Below are positions 26,002 to 35,794 of a stretch of DNA of 64,000 nucleotides, in pieces (the first letter of the stretch is position 1; each line of letters starts with the position of its first letter). The notes beneath the pieces are model-generated. The model worked only from the letters and a program-made list of their open reading frames with translations, was not told where the DNA came from and ran no database searches. A program made the translations under genes and the position numbers. This DNA is from Thermoplasmata archaeon (GTDB lineage Archaea > Thermoplasmatota > Thermoplasmata > Lutacidiplasmatales > UBA184): positions 23,869 through 87,868 of the forward strand of contig DAHUZZ010000006.1 in assembly GCA_027314915.1 (NCBI GenBank), given 5' to 3'.

Positions 26002-28500
26002 GTGGAAACGCTCGACCTGTTCGTCCTGGGCGGCTCCTACCGCTCCCTCGGCGATTCGGTGGTCGTCGAGCTGTTCGGGAAGGACCGCTCCGGGGGGAGC
26101 CTCGTGGCCCGGTACTACGGGTTCCGCCCCTACTTCGAGATCACGGAGCCGACCGAGGAGCAACGCGCGCGGCTCCGGCAGGAGCCGGACGTGCTCGGCC
26201 TCCAGGAGCTGACCCTGTGGGTGCGCGGTCGGGACCGCCCGGTGCTCCGGGTCGAGGTCCGGTTCCCCTGGACCGTCCCCGGCTTCCGCGAGCGGTACCG
26301 CAAGAGCGACGAGGAGGCGAGCGTGCTCGCCTCCGACATCCCCTTCGTCCACCGCTTCCTCTACGACAAGGGGCTCGGACTCACCGTCCAGTTCGAGTGC
26401 GAGGAGGAGCCCGCGGAGGTCCGCGCGCTCTACACCGTCCCCCGGGCGGTCCGGGTCCTCACGGGGGAGGGCCGGGACATCCGCCCCGTCGAGCCGTTCC
26501 GCCCCCCGCTGACCTACCTCGCCTTCGACATCGAGAACGCGATCCGGGAGCGGACCATCTACACCCTCTGCGGCGTCGTCCAGAAGGACGGGGCCGAGCG
26601 GGGGTTCCGGCTCGCGGGGGAGGAGCGGGCGATCCTGGAGGGGTTCGTGCGGGAGGTCCTCGCCTCCGATCCCGACGTCATCACCGGCTACAACATCGGC
26701 GGCTACGACTTCCCGCTCCTGGTCGAGCGGGCCAAGGCGCTCGGACTGCCCGACCTCGCCCTCGGCCGGGACCGCGCCCCGCCGGACGAGTCCGGCGAGC
26801 GGCTCTGGCGGATCCACGGACGGGTGGTCGCGGATGCCTGGTGGTCGGCGCGGCGCGAGCTCCGCCCCAAGCAGGAGAGCCTTGAGTACGTCGCCCGGAC
26901 CCTGCTGGGGGACAAGAAGCTCGACGTCGACCGCCGGAACATCGCCGCCGAGTGGGCCCGGGACAAGGAGGCGGTGATGCAGTACTGCGAGCACGATGCC
27001 CGGCTCGCGCTCCGGATCCTCCAGCGGCTCGCCTCCCTGGAGAAGGCGGCGGACCTTGCGACCGCCGCCCACCTGCCCCTCGAGGAGGGGCTCAACGGCC
27101 GCACCTCCCTCTTCATCGACGCCCTCCTCATCCCCCGGGCCGACCGGCGGAAGGTCGGCGTGCCCCCCACGAACCGGGCGCGGCGGGACACGGCCATCGA
27201 GGGCGGCTACGTCCACACGATCAAGCCCGGGCTCTACCGGTGGGTCGTCGTCCTCGACTTCAAGGCGATGTACCCCTCGATCATCATCTCGAAGAACCTC
27301 TGCTTCACGACCCTCGACCCGGAGGGTCCGACGGTGGCGCCCTCCGGCGCGCGGTTCCTGACCCCGGAGCAGCGGCGCGGGATCATCCCCGAGCTCCTCC
27401 AGGAGCTCATGGAGCGGCGCGAGGAGTTCAAGGGGCTCGCCCGCACGGCGCCGTCCGAGGAGCGGCGCCAGTACTACGACGGCCTCCAGGCGGCGGTCAA
27501 GATCCTGATGAACTCCTTCTACGGCGTCCTCGCCTCGAGCTTCTACCGGTTCACGAACAAGGAGATCGGCGCGGCGATCACCGCCTACGCCCGGGAGCAG
27601 ATCACCACCATCATCCGGGAGCTCGAGCGGGCCGGGCACGAGGTCGTCTACTCCGACACGGACAGCGTCTTCGTCCGCGCCCCCGAGCCCTCGCTGGAGG
27701 GGGCGCAGGCGTTCGGACGGGACATCGCCCGGCGCTTCACCGTCCAGGGGGTCACCTTCGAGTTCCAGTCGGTCTACGAGTCGCTCTTCAGCCACGGGGC
27801 GAAGAAGCGGTACGTCGGCCGCGCCGCCTGGCCGAAGGAGGAGCTCGTCATCCGCGGCTACGAGAGCCGGAGGACCGACGCCTTCGACTTCCAGGTGGAC
27901 TCGCTCAACGAGATCTTCGGGCTCGTGCTCAAGGGCGAGACGGGCGCGCTCCTCACCCGGGCCCGGGAGCTCGTCGCCCAGGTGCAGGCCGGTCGCGTCG
28001 AACCCGAGCGGCTCGTCATCGCGCGTTCGGTCCGCGCCGAGGCCGAGTACAACGAGGCCACGAAGGAGAACCTCCCCTTCCTCCGGGTCTTCAAGCAGCT
28101 GCAGGCGGAGGGGTACGACGTCATCCCCGGGATGAAGGTCGCCTGGATCGTCACCGATGCGTCGGCCCGGCCGCAGGCGATCGAGCCCTGGGTGCCGGGC
28201 CGGAAGCTCGAGAAGGGGCCGGACTTCGGCTACTACGCCGAGCGGGTCGCCCAGACGCTCGCCCGGGTGACGGAGGTCTACGACTGGGACGCCTCCTCGC
28301 TCCTCCAGGGCCACCACCAGCAGCGGCTGGGCGGGGGCACTCCCTCCGACGGGGCCGAGGAGCGCCCGGCCGGCGCCGCGCCCCCGGCGCCGGCGATCGG
28401 GCTCGACTCGCCGATCGGGGCGCTCTCCGGGAACCCGAAGGCGAAGAAGCGGGTGACCAAGCCGCTCGCCGCGTTCGAAGACCCCGGGGCCCCCGGGTAG
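26002..28500 (+). CDS. polB: Family B DNA polymerase with proofreading exonuclease
   Basis: ExoI AFDIE, ExoII GYNIGGYDFP, ExoIII YCEHD; polymerase motifs LDFKAMYPS, KILMNSFYG, YSDTDS. Confidence 0.96.
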   Translation: METLDLFVLGGSYRSLGDSVVVELFGKDRSGGSLVARYYGFRPYFEITEPTEEQRARLRQEPDVLGLQELTLWVRGRDRPVLRVEVRFPWTVPGFRERYRKSDEEASVLASDIPFVHRFLYDKGLGLTVQFECEEEPAEVRALYTVPRAVRVLTGEGRDIRPVEPFRPPLTYLAFDIENAIRERTIYTLCGVVQKDGAERGFRLAGEERAILEGFVREVLASDPDVITGYNIGGYDFPLLVERAKALGLPDLALGRDRAPPDESGERLWRIHGRVVADAWWSARRELRPKQESLEYVARTLLGDKKLDVDRRNIAAEWARDKEAVMQYCEHDARLALRILQRLASLEKAADLATAAHLPLEEGLNGRTSLFIDALLIPRADRRKVGVPPTNRARRDTAIEGGYVHTIKPGLYRWVVVLDFKAMYPSIIISKNLCFTTLDPEGPTVAPSGARFLTPEQRRGIIPELLQELMERREEFKGLARTAPSEERRQYYDGLQAAVKILMNSFYGVLASSFYRFTNKEIGAAITAYAREQITTIIRELERAGHEVVYSDTDSVFVRAPEPSLEGAQAFGRDIARRFTVQGVTFEFQSVYESLFSHGAKKRYVGRAAWPKEELVIRGYESRRTDAFDFQVDSLNEIFGLVLKGETGALLTRARELVAQVQAGRVEPERLVIARSVRAEAEYNEATKENLPFLRVFKQLQAEGYDVIPGMKVAWIVTDASARPQAIEPWVPGRKLEKGPDFGYYAERVAQTLARVTEVYDWDASSLLQGHHQQRLGGGTPSDGAEERPAGAAPPAPAIGLDSPIGALSGNPKAKKRVTKPLAAFEDPGAPG

Positions 28501-28503
28501 GGC

Positions 28504-29430
28504 TCACGCCGGCTGGTAGGGGTTCTCCGAGCTCTGGCTGCCGCGGACCGCGAGGGTCGCCCCCGCGACCGCCACGGGGACCCCGAGGAGGCCGAGGGGC
28601 GTGGGGTACTGCTTCCCCACGAGCGCCGCGAAGAGGAGGGTGAAGACGGGGATGGCGGCCATGAGGAGCGAGGGGAGGAAGATGCCGGCGCGCTGGATCG
28701 ACCGGAAGTAGAGCAGCGGGGCCAGGAAGAACGAGGTGACCCCGGTCCCGACGAGCAGGACGGCCGCCCCGCCGCCCGGGACGGCGAGCGACCCGAGCGG
28801 GACCGGCAGGAGGAGCGCCCACGGCGCCGCCGCCAGGCCCGCGACGAGCGCGGCCTGGCCGGCGATCGCGGTGATGGGGCGGTCCCGTCCGGCCCGGGCC
28901 GCGCTGATGAAGAACCCGGCGACGAGGAGCGGGAGGAGCGGCGCGAGGAGGAGGCTCAGCCCCGCGAGCCCCACGAGGCCGCCGCCGGCCACGATGGTGA
29001 GGCTCGCACCGGCGGTGCTCAGCAGGACGCCGCCCAGGAAGACCGGCGAGGAAAGCCGGTCCCGGCCCTCATCGAAGGCGAGCATGACGAAGAGGGGCGT
29101 GACGGCGACATCCCCGAGGAGCGAGAGGAGCGCGGCGTCGACCGCCCCGTTCACGAGGGTGATGTAGACGATGGAGACCTGGATGCCGAGGAAGAGGCCG
29201 ATCCGGCCCCACTGCCCCGGGGAGAGGAAGAGCCTCAGGAGGGCACGCCCCTCGCCCCGGTAGGTGGAGAACGCGGAGTAGGCGACCCCGCCCACCAGGA
29301 ACGGGTAGACGGTGAGGGCGAGCGGGGAGATCCGGCCCTCCAGCACGAGCACGAACCCGTAGTAGCTCGCCCAGAGGAACGCGGCGAGCAGGCTCATGGC
29401 CGTCGCGCCCCGGATCTGCGCCGCGACCAT
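28504..29430 (-). CDS. DMT/EamA-family permease
   Basis: About 10 transmembrane helices in two repeats, FLWASYY N-terminus. Start at 29430 or 29397. Confidence 0.7.
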   Translation of the reverse strand: MVAAQIRGATAMSLLAAFLWASYYGFVLVLEGRISPLALTVYPFLVGGVAYSAFSTYRGEGRALLRLFLSPGQWGRIGLFLGIQVSIVYITLVNGAVDAALLSLLGDVAVTPLFVMLAFDEGRDRLSSPVFLGGVLLSTAGASLTIVAGGGLVGLAGLSLLLAPLLPLLVAGFFISAARAGRDRPITAIAGQAALVAGLAAAPWALLLPVPLGSLAVPGGGAAVLLVGTGVTSFFLAPLLYFRSIQRAGIFLPSLLMAAIPVFTLLFAALVGKQYPTPLGLLGVPVAVAGATLAVRGSQSSENPYQPA

Positions 29431-29456
29431 CGAGGACCCCGCCCGCCGGGGCCGGT

Positions 29457-30512
29457 TCAGGCGTACCCCTCGAACCGGAGCCCCTCGGCGGGGAGCGAGA
29501 CGCCCCGGCCCCGGGCGACGTGCCCGATCTCGACCGCGTCCGGGTACCCGGCCCGGGCCAGCCGCCGGAACAGCTCCGAGCGGCGGCGGGGCCGGGCGAC
29601 CACGACGAACCCGATCCCCTGGTTGAACGTCTGGAACATCTCCCTCGGCGCGATCGCCCCCAGCTCCCGGAGGAACGGAAAGAGCCCCGGGGGGGTGGGC
29701 CACCGGTCCAGGACGAACTCGACGCGGGGATGGAGCCGGACCAGGTTCCGTACGCCGCCGCCGGAGAGGTGCGCGTAGCCCGTGACCTCGGAGGAGCCGG
29801 CGAGCGCCTCGGTCGCCCGGACGTAGCAGCGGGTGGCGGTGAGCAGCTCCTCCCCGAGCGGCCGCGATGCCCCCGGCCGGGGCCGGTCGAGCGGCGTCCG
29901 GGTCTCCCGCACCAGCCGGCGCGCGAGCGTGAGCCCGTTCGCGTGGAGTCCGGAGGAGGGGAGGCCGATCAGGAGGTCGCCGGGCCGTACCGCCGACCCG
30001 GTGACCGGCCGGCGGCCCCGGGGGAAGAAGCCGATCGCGGTGCCGCCGAGGTCGGTGCCCCGGAGCAGCTCCGGCACGACGGCGGTCTCGCCCCCCAGGA
30101 GGTGGCAGCCGGCGGCCCGGAGCCCGCGGTCGAGCCCCCGGCCGATCTGCGCGAAGACCTCGGGGTCGGTCCGGGCCACGGAGATGACGTCGACCAGCCC
30201 GATGGGACGGGCCCCGACGGCGGCCAGGTCGTTCACGTTGATCGCCACCGCGTCCTCGCCGACCTCCTCCCAGCGCCCGAGCTCCTCCGCGAGCAGCCCC
30301 TTGGTCCCGACGGTGTCGGTCGTGATCGCGATCGTCTCGCGTCCCACCCGGACGAGCCCCGCGTAGTGCCCGGGCAGCTCGAGGCGCCGGCCGCTCGCCG
30401 GCGGCGGCCGGAAGCGCACCCCCCGGAGGAGGGCGGCGAGCGCCGTCGCGACCTCGCCCCGGTCGACCCCGGCCCGGGCGTACGTCCACTCCCCGGAGTC
30501 CGGGCCCGGCAT
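29457..30512 (-). CDS. purM: Phosphoribosylformylglycinamidine cyclo-ligase (AIR synthetase)
   Basis: YARAGVD, TDTVGTK, AINVND, GGETA, SSGLHANG, HLSGGG, TFNQGIG. Confidence 0.95.
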   Translation of the reverse strand: MPGPDSGEWTYARAGVDRGEVATALAALLRGVRFRPPPASGRRLELPGHYAGLVRVGRETIAITTDTVGTKGLLAEELGRWEEVGEDAVAINVNDLAAVGARPIGLVDVISVARTDPEVFAQIGRGLDRGLRAAGCHLLGGETAVVPELLRGTDLGGTAIGFFPRGRRPVTGSAVRPGDLLIGLPSSGLHANGLTLARRLVRETRTPLDRPRPGASRPLGEELLTATRCYVRATEALAGSSEVTGYAHLSGGGVRNLVRLHPRVEFVLDRWPTPPGLFPFLRELGAIAPREMFQTFNQGIGFVVVARPRRRSELFRRLARAGYPDAVEIGHVARGRGVSLPAEGLRFEGYA

Positions 30513-30598
30513 CGGCCGACGGAGGGGTCGGGCCGCAAATAGCTACCGCCGGCGGGCGGCGCGTCACCGAGATATGCCGCGCCCCCCTCCCATCGCGG

Positions 30599-31999
30599 AT
30601 GCCGGCGCGTGCCCGCCACCGTCGCGAGGCGGAGGAGACCCCGCCGCTCCCCGACGGACCGGAATGGGTCCTGGCGGGACGCGCCTACGTCGGAGGCCGG
30701 ATCCAGCCGCTGGAGATCGGCATCTCCGCCGAGGGGAAGATCGTCGCCCTCGGCCGCGACCTCCGCGCGCCGCGGCGCCACGAGGTCGCGGATCGCCTCA
30801 TCCTGCCGGCCGCGACCGACCTCCACGTGCACTTCCGGTCGCCGGTGGGGCTCCGCTCGGGCGAGAGCTGGTCGACGGGCACGGTCCAGGCCGCGCTGGG
30901 GGGCGTGGGGCTCGTGGCCGAGATGCCGAACTCCGACCCGCCCGTCACGACCGCCGACCGTCTCCTCGAGCGGCGCGACGCGGGGGCCGGCCGCCTCGCG
31001 GTCGACATGCTCCTCTTCGGTGCGCTCACCGAACGGCGCCGGGTGCCCGCGCTCGCGCGGGCGTGCGGGGCGTTCAAGCTCTACCTCGCGCCCACCACGG
31101 GGATCGGGCCGCCCGACGCCGCCGAACCGCTCGACGGACTGCTCGAAGCGGTCGCCGCGACCGGGCTCCCCCTCACGGTGCACGCCGAGGACCCGCGGGA
31201 GTTCCGCCACCCCGCCGAGCTCACGTCGACCGCCGGGTGGAACGAGGCGCGTCCCCTCCGCGCCGAGCGCCGGGCCGTCGAGGAGCTCCTCGCCCGGGCG
31301 CCGCCGGGGCTCCGGCTCAACATCGCCCATGTCACCCAGGCGGAGGTCGCGGAGCTCCTCGCGCGGGCCGGCCACCTCTTCGAGGTGACGCCGCACCACC
31401 TCCTCCTGTCCGCCCGGAGCACGGGCGACGCCTTCTCGAAGGTGAATCCCCCGCTCCGCCGGGAGCCGGAGCGGTCGGCGCTCTTCGAGCGGTTCGCCGC
31501 CGGATCGGTGCCCGTGCTCGCGAGCGACCATGCCCCGCACCCGATCGCCGAGAAGGAGCTCCCGTTCGAGCGCGCCCCGAGCGGGATGCCGGGCGTCGCG
31601 ACGATGCTCCCGCTCCTCCTCGCCCTGGCGCGGACGGGAGCGCTGCCCCTCCCCGAGCTGATCCGGTCCGCCTGCGAGCGACCGGCGCGCTGGCTCGGCC
31701 AGCCCGCCGGCCGGATCGCCCTCGGGCACCGGGCCGACCTGATCGTGATCGATCCGAAGCAGCGGCGCACCATCTCCGCCGAGGGGCTCGGCATCCCGTG
31801 CGGATGGACCGCGTTCGAGGGATGGGAGGGGGTCTTTCCGCAGGAGCACTACCACGGCGGCGAGCCCCTCGTGGAGGGGGGCGAGTACGTCGGACGGCCG
31901 CTCGGGCGGTTCGTCCGGCCGGAGTTCGCGCCGGCCCCCCGGGGGCCCGCCCCGCCCGGAGGGCCCGGGGACGCGGGGGTCGGACCGACCGAGGACTGA
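30599..31999 (+). CDS. pyrC: Dihydroorotase (amidohydrolase superfamily)
   Basis: DLHVHFR, EMPN, VHAE, AHVT, EVTPHHL, KVNPPLR, ASDHAPH. Confidence 0.9.
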   Translation: MPARARHRREAEETPPLPDGPEWVLAGRAYVGGRIQPLEIGISAEGKIVALGRDLRAPRRHEVADRLILPAATDLHVHFRSPVGLRSGESWSTGTVQAALGGVGLVAEMPNSDPPVTTADRLLERRDAGAGRLAVDMLLFGALTERRRVPALARACGAFKLYLAPTTGIGPPDAAEPLDGLLEAVAATGLPLTVHAEDPREFRHPAELTSTAGWNEARPLRAERRAVEELLARAPPGLRLNIAHVTQAEVAELLARAGHLFEVTPHHLLLSARSTGDAFSKVNPPLRREPERSALFERFAAGSVPVLASDHAPHPIAEKELPFERAPSGMPGVATMLPLLLALARTGALPLPELIRSACERPARWLGQPAGRIALGHRADLIVIDPKQRRTISAEGLGIPCGWTAFEGWEGVFPQEHYHGGEPLVEGGEYVGRPLGRFVRPEFAPAPRGPAPPGGPGDAGVGPTED

Positions 32000-32003
32000 C
32001 GGG

Positions 32004-32606
32004 CTACGCCGCGGGCGCCCCGGGGGGGACCCGCTCGCGCGCCCGGATCCTCAGGAACAGCCAGAGGAGGAGGATCACGATCCCGGCCCCGATCACGACC
32101 TCGAGGTAGGTGAAGTAGTGCGTGAGCGACGTGTAGTCCTGCCCGAGGATCGTGCCCAGGTAGACCATCAGCAGGATGAAGGGCAGCGCGCCGAGGGCGC
32201 TGAAGGCGAGGAACTTCGTCCGGTCCATCTCCGCGGCCCCGGCGGGGTAGGAGATGTAGGCGCGCGCGAGCGGGATCATGCGGGAGAGGAAGACGGTGAT
32301 CTCCCCCCGTCGGTCGAAGAACTCCTCGGCCCGGTGGAGCTCGCGGTCGTTCAGGTAGAACCGGCTGCCCCAGCGGTGGATCACCGCACGCCCGCCGTAC
32401 CGCCCGATCTCGTAGGCGATGACGCAGCCGATCAGGCTCCCGGCGAGGGCGACCAGCGTGACCGTGAGCCACGAGAACCCCCAGGCCCCCTCGATGAGGA
32501 GCACACCCGCGAAGGGCAGGATCACCTCGCTGGGGAGCGGGGGGACGCCGAAGCTCTCGACGATCATCAGGGCGAAGAGGCCCGGAAGCCCGATCGTCCG
32601 CATCAC
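32004..32606 (-). CDS. dedA: DedA family membrane protein
   Basis: ESFGVPPLPSEVILPFAG, YEIGRYGG, SRMIPLARAYISYPAG. The start may lie further upstream (see findings). Confidence 0.92.
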   Translation of the reverse strand: MMRTIGLPGLFALMIVESFGVPPLPSEVILPFAGVLLIEGAWGFSWLTVTLVALAGSLIGCVIAYEIGRYGGRAVIHRWGSRFYLNDRELHRAEEFFDRRGEITVFLSRMIPLARAYISYPAGAAEMDRTKFLAFSALGALPFILLMVYLGTILGQDYTSLTHYFTYLEVVIGAGIVILLLWLFLRIRARERVPPGAPAA

Positions 32607-32680
32607 GGTCAGGACGAGCTGGAAACTCCACGCGAGGAAGGAGAAGATGCGCCCTCACCCCCCCCCGGCCGTCGGGACGG

Positions 32681-32959
32681 TCACGCCGGTCCGCCCGGCT
32701 CGGCGAAATGGAGCCGGAACGGCTCCCGGAGCCCGGTCGTCGTCCGCGCGGGGATCCCCTCGAAGCTGAGCGGAACGGCGCATCCCCCGCAGCTGGTCGC
32801 GGGGCGGAGCCGGCCGAGGGCGATGGACAGGGGGACCCCGACCTCGATCTCCCTCACCGGCCCGGGAGCGGAGTCGAGGGCCGCCTTCAACGACCGGAGC
32901 AGCTCCTCCCCGTCGGGTGCGGCCGTCACGGACATGTCTTCGAAAGGTCCCGTCGGCAC
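32681..32959 (-). CDS. Small hypothetical protein
   Basis: 92-aa ORF with normal codon style in an operon-like position between a membrane protein gene and dedA. Confidence 0.55.
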   Translation of the reverse strand: MPTGPFEDMSVTAAPDGEELLRSLKAALDSAPGPVREIEVGVPLSIALGRLRPATSCGGCAVPLSFEGIPARTTTGLREPFRLHFAEPGGPA

Positions 32960-32974
32960 GTGCCCCGGCGGGAA

Positions 32975-33694
32975 TCACTCGCCGCCGACCGAGGCGTCCG
33001 GAGCCGGCGCGCCCCTCGATCCGGAGGGGCCGCTGTTCCCCCCGCCCTTCGGGGGGCGTGCGTCCTTCTTCAGGATCTCGCCGCTGATCCGGTCGAGCTC
33101 GTCCATGAGATCATCGATGTTCGGCTCCTCGGCGGCGTCGGCGGCCCCCGCGGCCGCCGGAGCGGCCGCCGCCGTCGCCGGCGACGGCGTCGCCATCACC
33201 GCGGTCGGCCCGCCCACGTCCTCCGGGCCCTCGACGTAGTCGGGGGCTCCCGCCGCGGCCCCGGGTCCGGGGTCGGTCGAGGAGACCACCGCCGCGCCCG
33301 CGGCGCCGAGCCCGGAGCCGGCGAGCGCTTCGCCCGCGGCCCCCGGGGGCGGGGTCGCCTCCGGTCCACCGGCGACCGAGGCCCCGCTCCCGTCGGGCTC
33401 CGTCTCCGAGCCCTCGGGGGGACCCGCGGGCGGCTTCCGGCGGCGCCGCTCGTGCTGGAAGATCAGGAGCGCGGCCACGAGCGCGGCGATCACGATCGCC
33501 GCGATGGAGGCCCAGACCCAGGTCGGGACGCCGGGGGAGGTCGTCGAGCAGCTGGTGTACTGGCAGTTGCTCTGCGCCACGACCGGCCCGGCCGTGGCGG
33601 CGAGGGCCCCCCCGATGAGCGCCCCCAGGGCCGCGAGTCCGAAGAGCGCCGGCAGGAGGCGCTCCCGCAGGAGCTGAGAACGATGGGGATCCAT
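32975..33694 (-). CDS. Signal-peptide/single-pass membrane protein with an Ala/Pro/Gly-rich cytoplasmic tail
   Basis: Hydrophobic leader, short CQYTSC ectodomain, TM followed by RRRRK, then an acidic helix IDDLMDELDRISGEIL. Confidence 0.7.
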   Translation of the reverse strand: MDPHRSQLLRERLLPALFGLAALGALIGGALAATAGPVVAQSNCQYTSCSTTSPGVPTWVWASIAAIVIAALVAALLIFQHERRRRKPPAGPPEGSETEPDGSGASVAGGPEATPPPGAAGEALAGSGLGAAGAAVVSSTDPGPGAAAGAPDYVEGPEDVGGPTAVMATPSPATAAAAPAAAGAADAAEEPNIDDLMDELDRISGEILKKDARPPKGGGNSGPSGSRGAPAPDASVGGE

Positions 33695-33862
33695 GGGGTA
33701 CCTTCGGGCCGGTGCTCCATGACTCAGGGAGGTATGTAAGCCTGTGGGAATGGGGGCCCCCGGCCCTCCCCCCCGCCGTCGGCGGGATGGACCGTCCGGG
33801 CCCGCGCGGCGGGGGTCCCCGCAGCGGAACCCTTACGCACCTCCCGGGATGGTACCCGTCCC

Positions 33863-34174
33863 GTGGACGCTGCCTTCCTCGCGCTGTGGCTGGTCATCGT
33901 ATCCGCCTACGCCGGGTACTCGCTGTGGGCCCGGCTCGACCCCCGGTACCTTCTGGGGGCCGCGCTCCTCATGGTCATCGCCGCGGCCGTGCTCGAGGCG
34001 CTCGGCGACGTGGCCGCGGCCAACGCCCTCGCGGTGGACACCTTCTTCGCCTTCCTCGCGGGGCTCGTGGTCCTGGTCCTCGACCGGGCGATCTCGGAGC
34101 GGCGCGCCACCCGAAACCTAGGGCGAGCGGCGGGACCGGCCGAACCAGCGGGCGAGCCGACGGACCCCCGGTAG
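33863..34174 (+). CDS. Small membrane protein (3 TM)
   Basis: 103-aa hydrophobic ORF with a GTG start. Confidence 0.65.
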   Translation: MDAAFLALWLVIVSAYAGYSLWARLDPRYLLGAALLMVIAAAVLEALGDVAAANALAVDTFFAFLAGLVVLVLDRAISERRATRNLGRAAGPAEPAGEPTDPR

Positions 34175-35689
34175 CCGGCGACCGCCGAGGAGCTTCTCGA
34201 CCGCCTCGAGGAGGAGACGGTCGCCGTCCGAGATGCCGACGACCACGAGCTGGACGAGGACGAAGACCACGGCCGTCGCCAGGATGAACAGCGCGAGCGC
34301 CGGGAAGCCGGGGACGAACGGCAGGAGCGAGAAGAGGAGCCCGAGCGGCAGGATCGTGAGCACGAGCCCCACGAAGTACGGGGCGGGGAACGGCCGGATG
34401 TGCTCGCTCGCGACGAGCTCGCTCATCGAGAGGATGGGGATGAGCGCCGTCGCGATCGTCCAGGCGATCGAGGCGCCCACGATCCCGTAGGGCGGCACGA
34501 GCAGGAGGCTCAGCACCCCGTCGGTCACCGCGGCGGCGAGGTTGTTGATCAGGAGGTAGCGGGTCTGCCCGAAGGAGACCTGCGCCGCCGACGCGGGCCC
34601 GATCACCCCGGAGATGGTGGCGCCGATGACCAGGATCCGGAGCGGGAGGGCGTTCGCGGCGTACTGGGCGTTGTAGACGACGGTGAGGGCGGGGCCGGGG
34701 AAGACGAAGAAGACGAGGGCGAACGGCAGCGAGGCGAGCACCATCCACCGGGTCGCCGTGCCGTAGATGAGCCCGGCCGAGGAGCGGTCCTCGTACCGGA
34801 CGTACCGCGCGATCACCGGCAGCAGGATGTAGGCGAGCGCGCCGAGCCCGATCAGGAGGAGCCGGGCGAGGGAGAGCGCGGCGCCGTAGGGCCCGGCCTC
34901 GGAGTTGTGGAAGAACCCCAGGATGAGGGTGTCGAGCGACCCCGCGAGGTAGGAGAAGAGCCCGACCACGAGGAGCGGCAGCGCGAAGAGGACGAGCCGG
35001 CGGGCGGCCGCCGGGTTCCCCGGGCCGGCGGGGAGGGAGCGGCGGAGCCGCATCCGGAGGTAGACCAGGATCCCGACGAGGGAGGCGACGTTCGCGAGCA
35101 CGTAGGCGACGAGCGCCCCGGTGTACCCGAGGGGGTAGCGCCCCGGCCCCTGCGTCAGGAAGAGGGTGAGGAAGACGATGAACAGGAGCGGGTTCAGCAG
35201 CTGGATGAAGATCGTGTTCGGCCGGACGTCCTCGAAGCCCTGGAAGACCGCGGCGATCTGGGAGGCGACGATGCCGCAGCTCACGGCCACCGCGAAGTAC
35301 TGCAGGGTGAGCCCGAGCACCGGCGAATGGTACCGCTGCGAGATCGGGATCGAGAGGAGCTCGAGGACGAGCCCGGCCCCGAGGGCGAGCGGGATCGCGA
35401 TGAGGAAGCCGGTCCGGATCACCGTCCGGCGGTCGGTGTCGCTGGCGGCGAAGGGGATGCTCCGGGCGACCGCCGCCGGGAGCCCCAGCTGGCCGAGCAC
35501 GGTGACGAGCCCGGAGAGCGCGAGCGCGATGTAGTACTCGCCGAAGTCCTGGGGCGAGAGGTTCCGGACCAGGATCACCCGGGCGACGAAGTTCGCCCCG
35601 ACGAAGCCGAGGGTCCCGAGGAGGAGGATCAGCGTTCCGCGGGTGACCGAGCCGAGGCCGTCCCGGGCCCGGTCGCTCGTCTGCGCCAA
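34118..35689 (-). CDS. Oligosaccharide flippase (MOP/Wzx family)
   Basis: About 14 TM helices; RVILVRNL...FGEY, LGLPAAVARSI, LDTLILGFF...GPYGAA. Confidence 0.85.
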   Translation of the reverse strand: MAQTSDRARDGLGSVTRGTLILLLGTLGFVGANFVARVILVRNLSPQDFGEYYIALALSGLVTVLGQLGLPAAVARSIPFAASDTDRRTVIRTGFLIAIPLALGAGLVLELLSIPISQRYHSPVLGLTLQYFAVAVSCGIVASQIAAVFQGFEDVRPNTIFIQLLNPLLFIVFLTLFLTQGPGRYPLGYTGALVAYVLANVASLVGILVYLRMRLRRSLPAGPGNPAAARRLVLFALPLLVVGLFSYLAGSLDTLILGFFHNSEAGPYGAALSLARLLLIGLGALAYILLPVIARYVRYEDRSSAGLIYGTATRWMVLASLPFALVFFVFPGPALTVVYNAQYAANALPLRILVIGATISGVIGPASAAQVSFGQTRYLLINNLAAAVTDGVLSLLLVPPYGIVGASIAWTIATALIPILSMSELVASEHIRPFPAPYFVGLVLTILPLGLLFSLLPFVPGFPALALFILATAVVFVLVQLVVVGISDGDRLLLEAVEKLLGGRRLPGVRRLARWFGRSRRSP

Positions 35690-35794
35690 CGCCCTCGGTC
35701 GATGCGGGGGGGCCCGGAGCGCTTAAGCAATGCCCTTGACCGGCACCGGTTCACGCCGAAGGCGCGCCCCCCGGCCGGCCCGGTCCGCGGGAGC

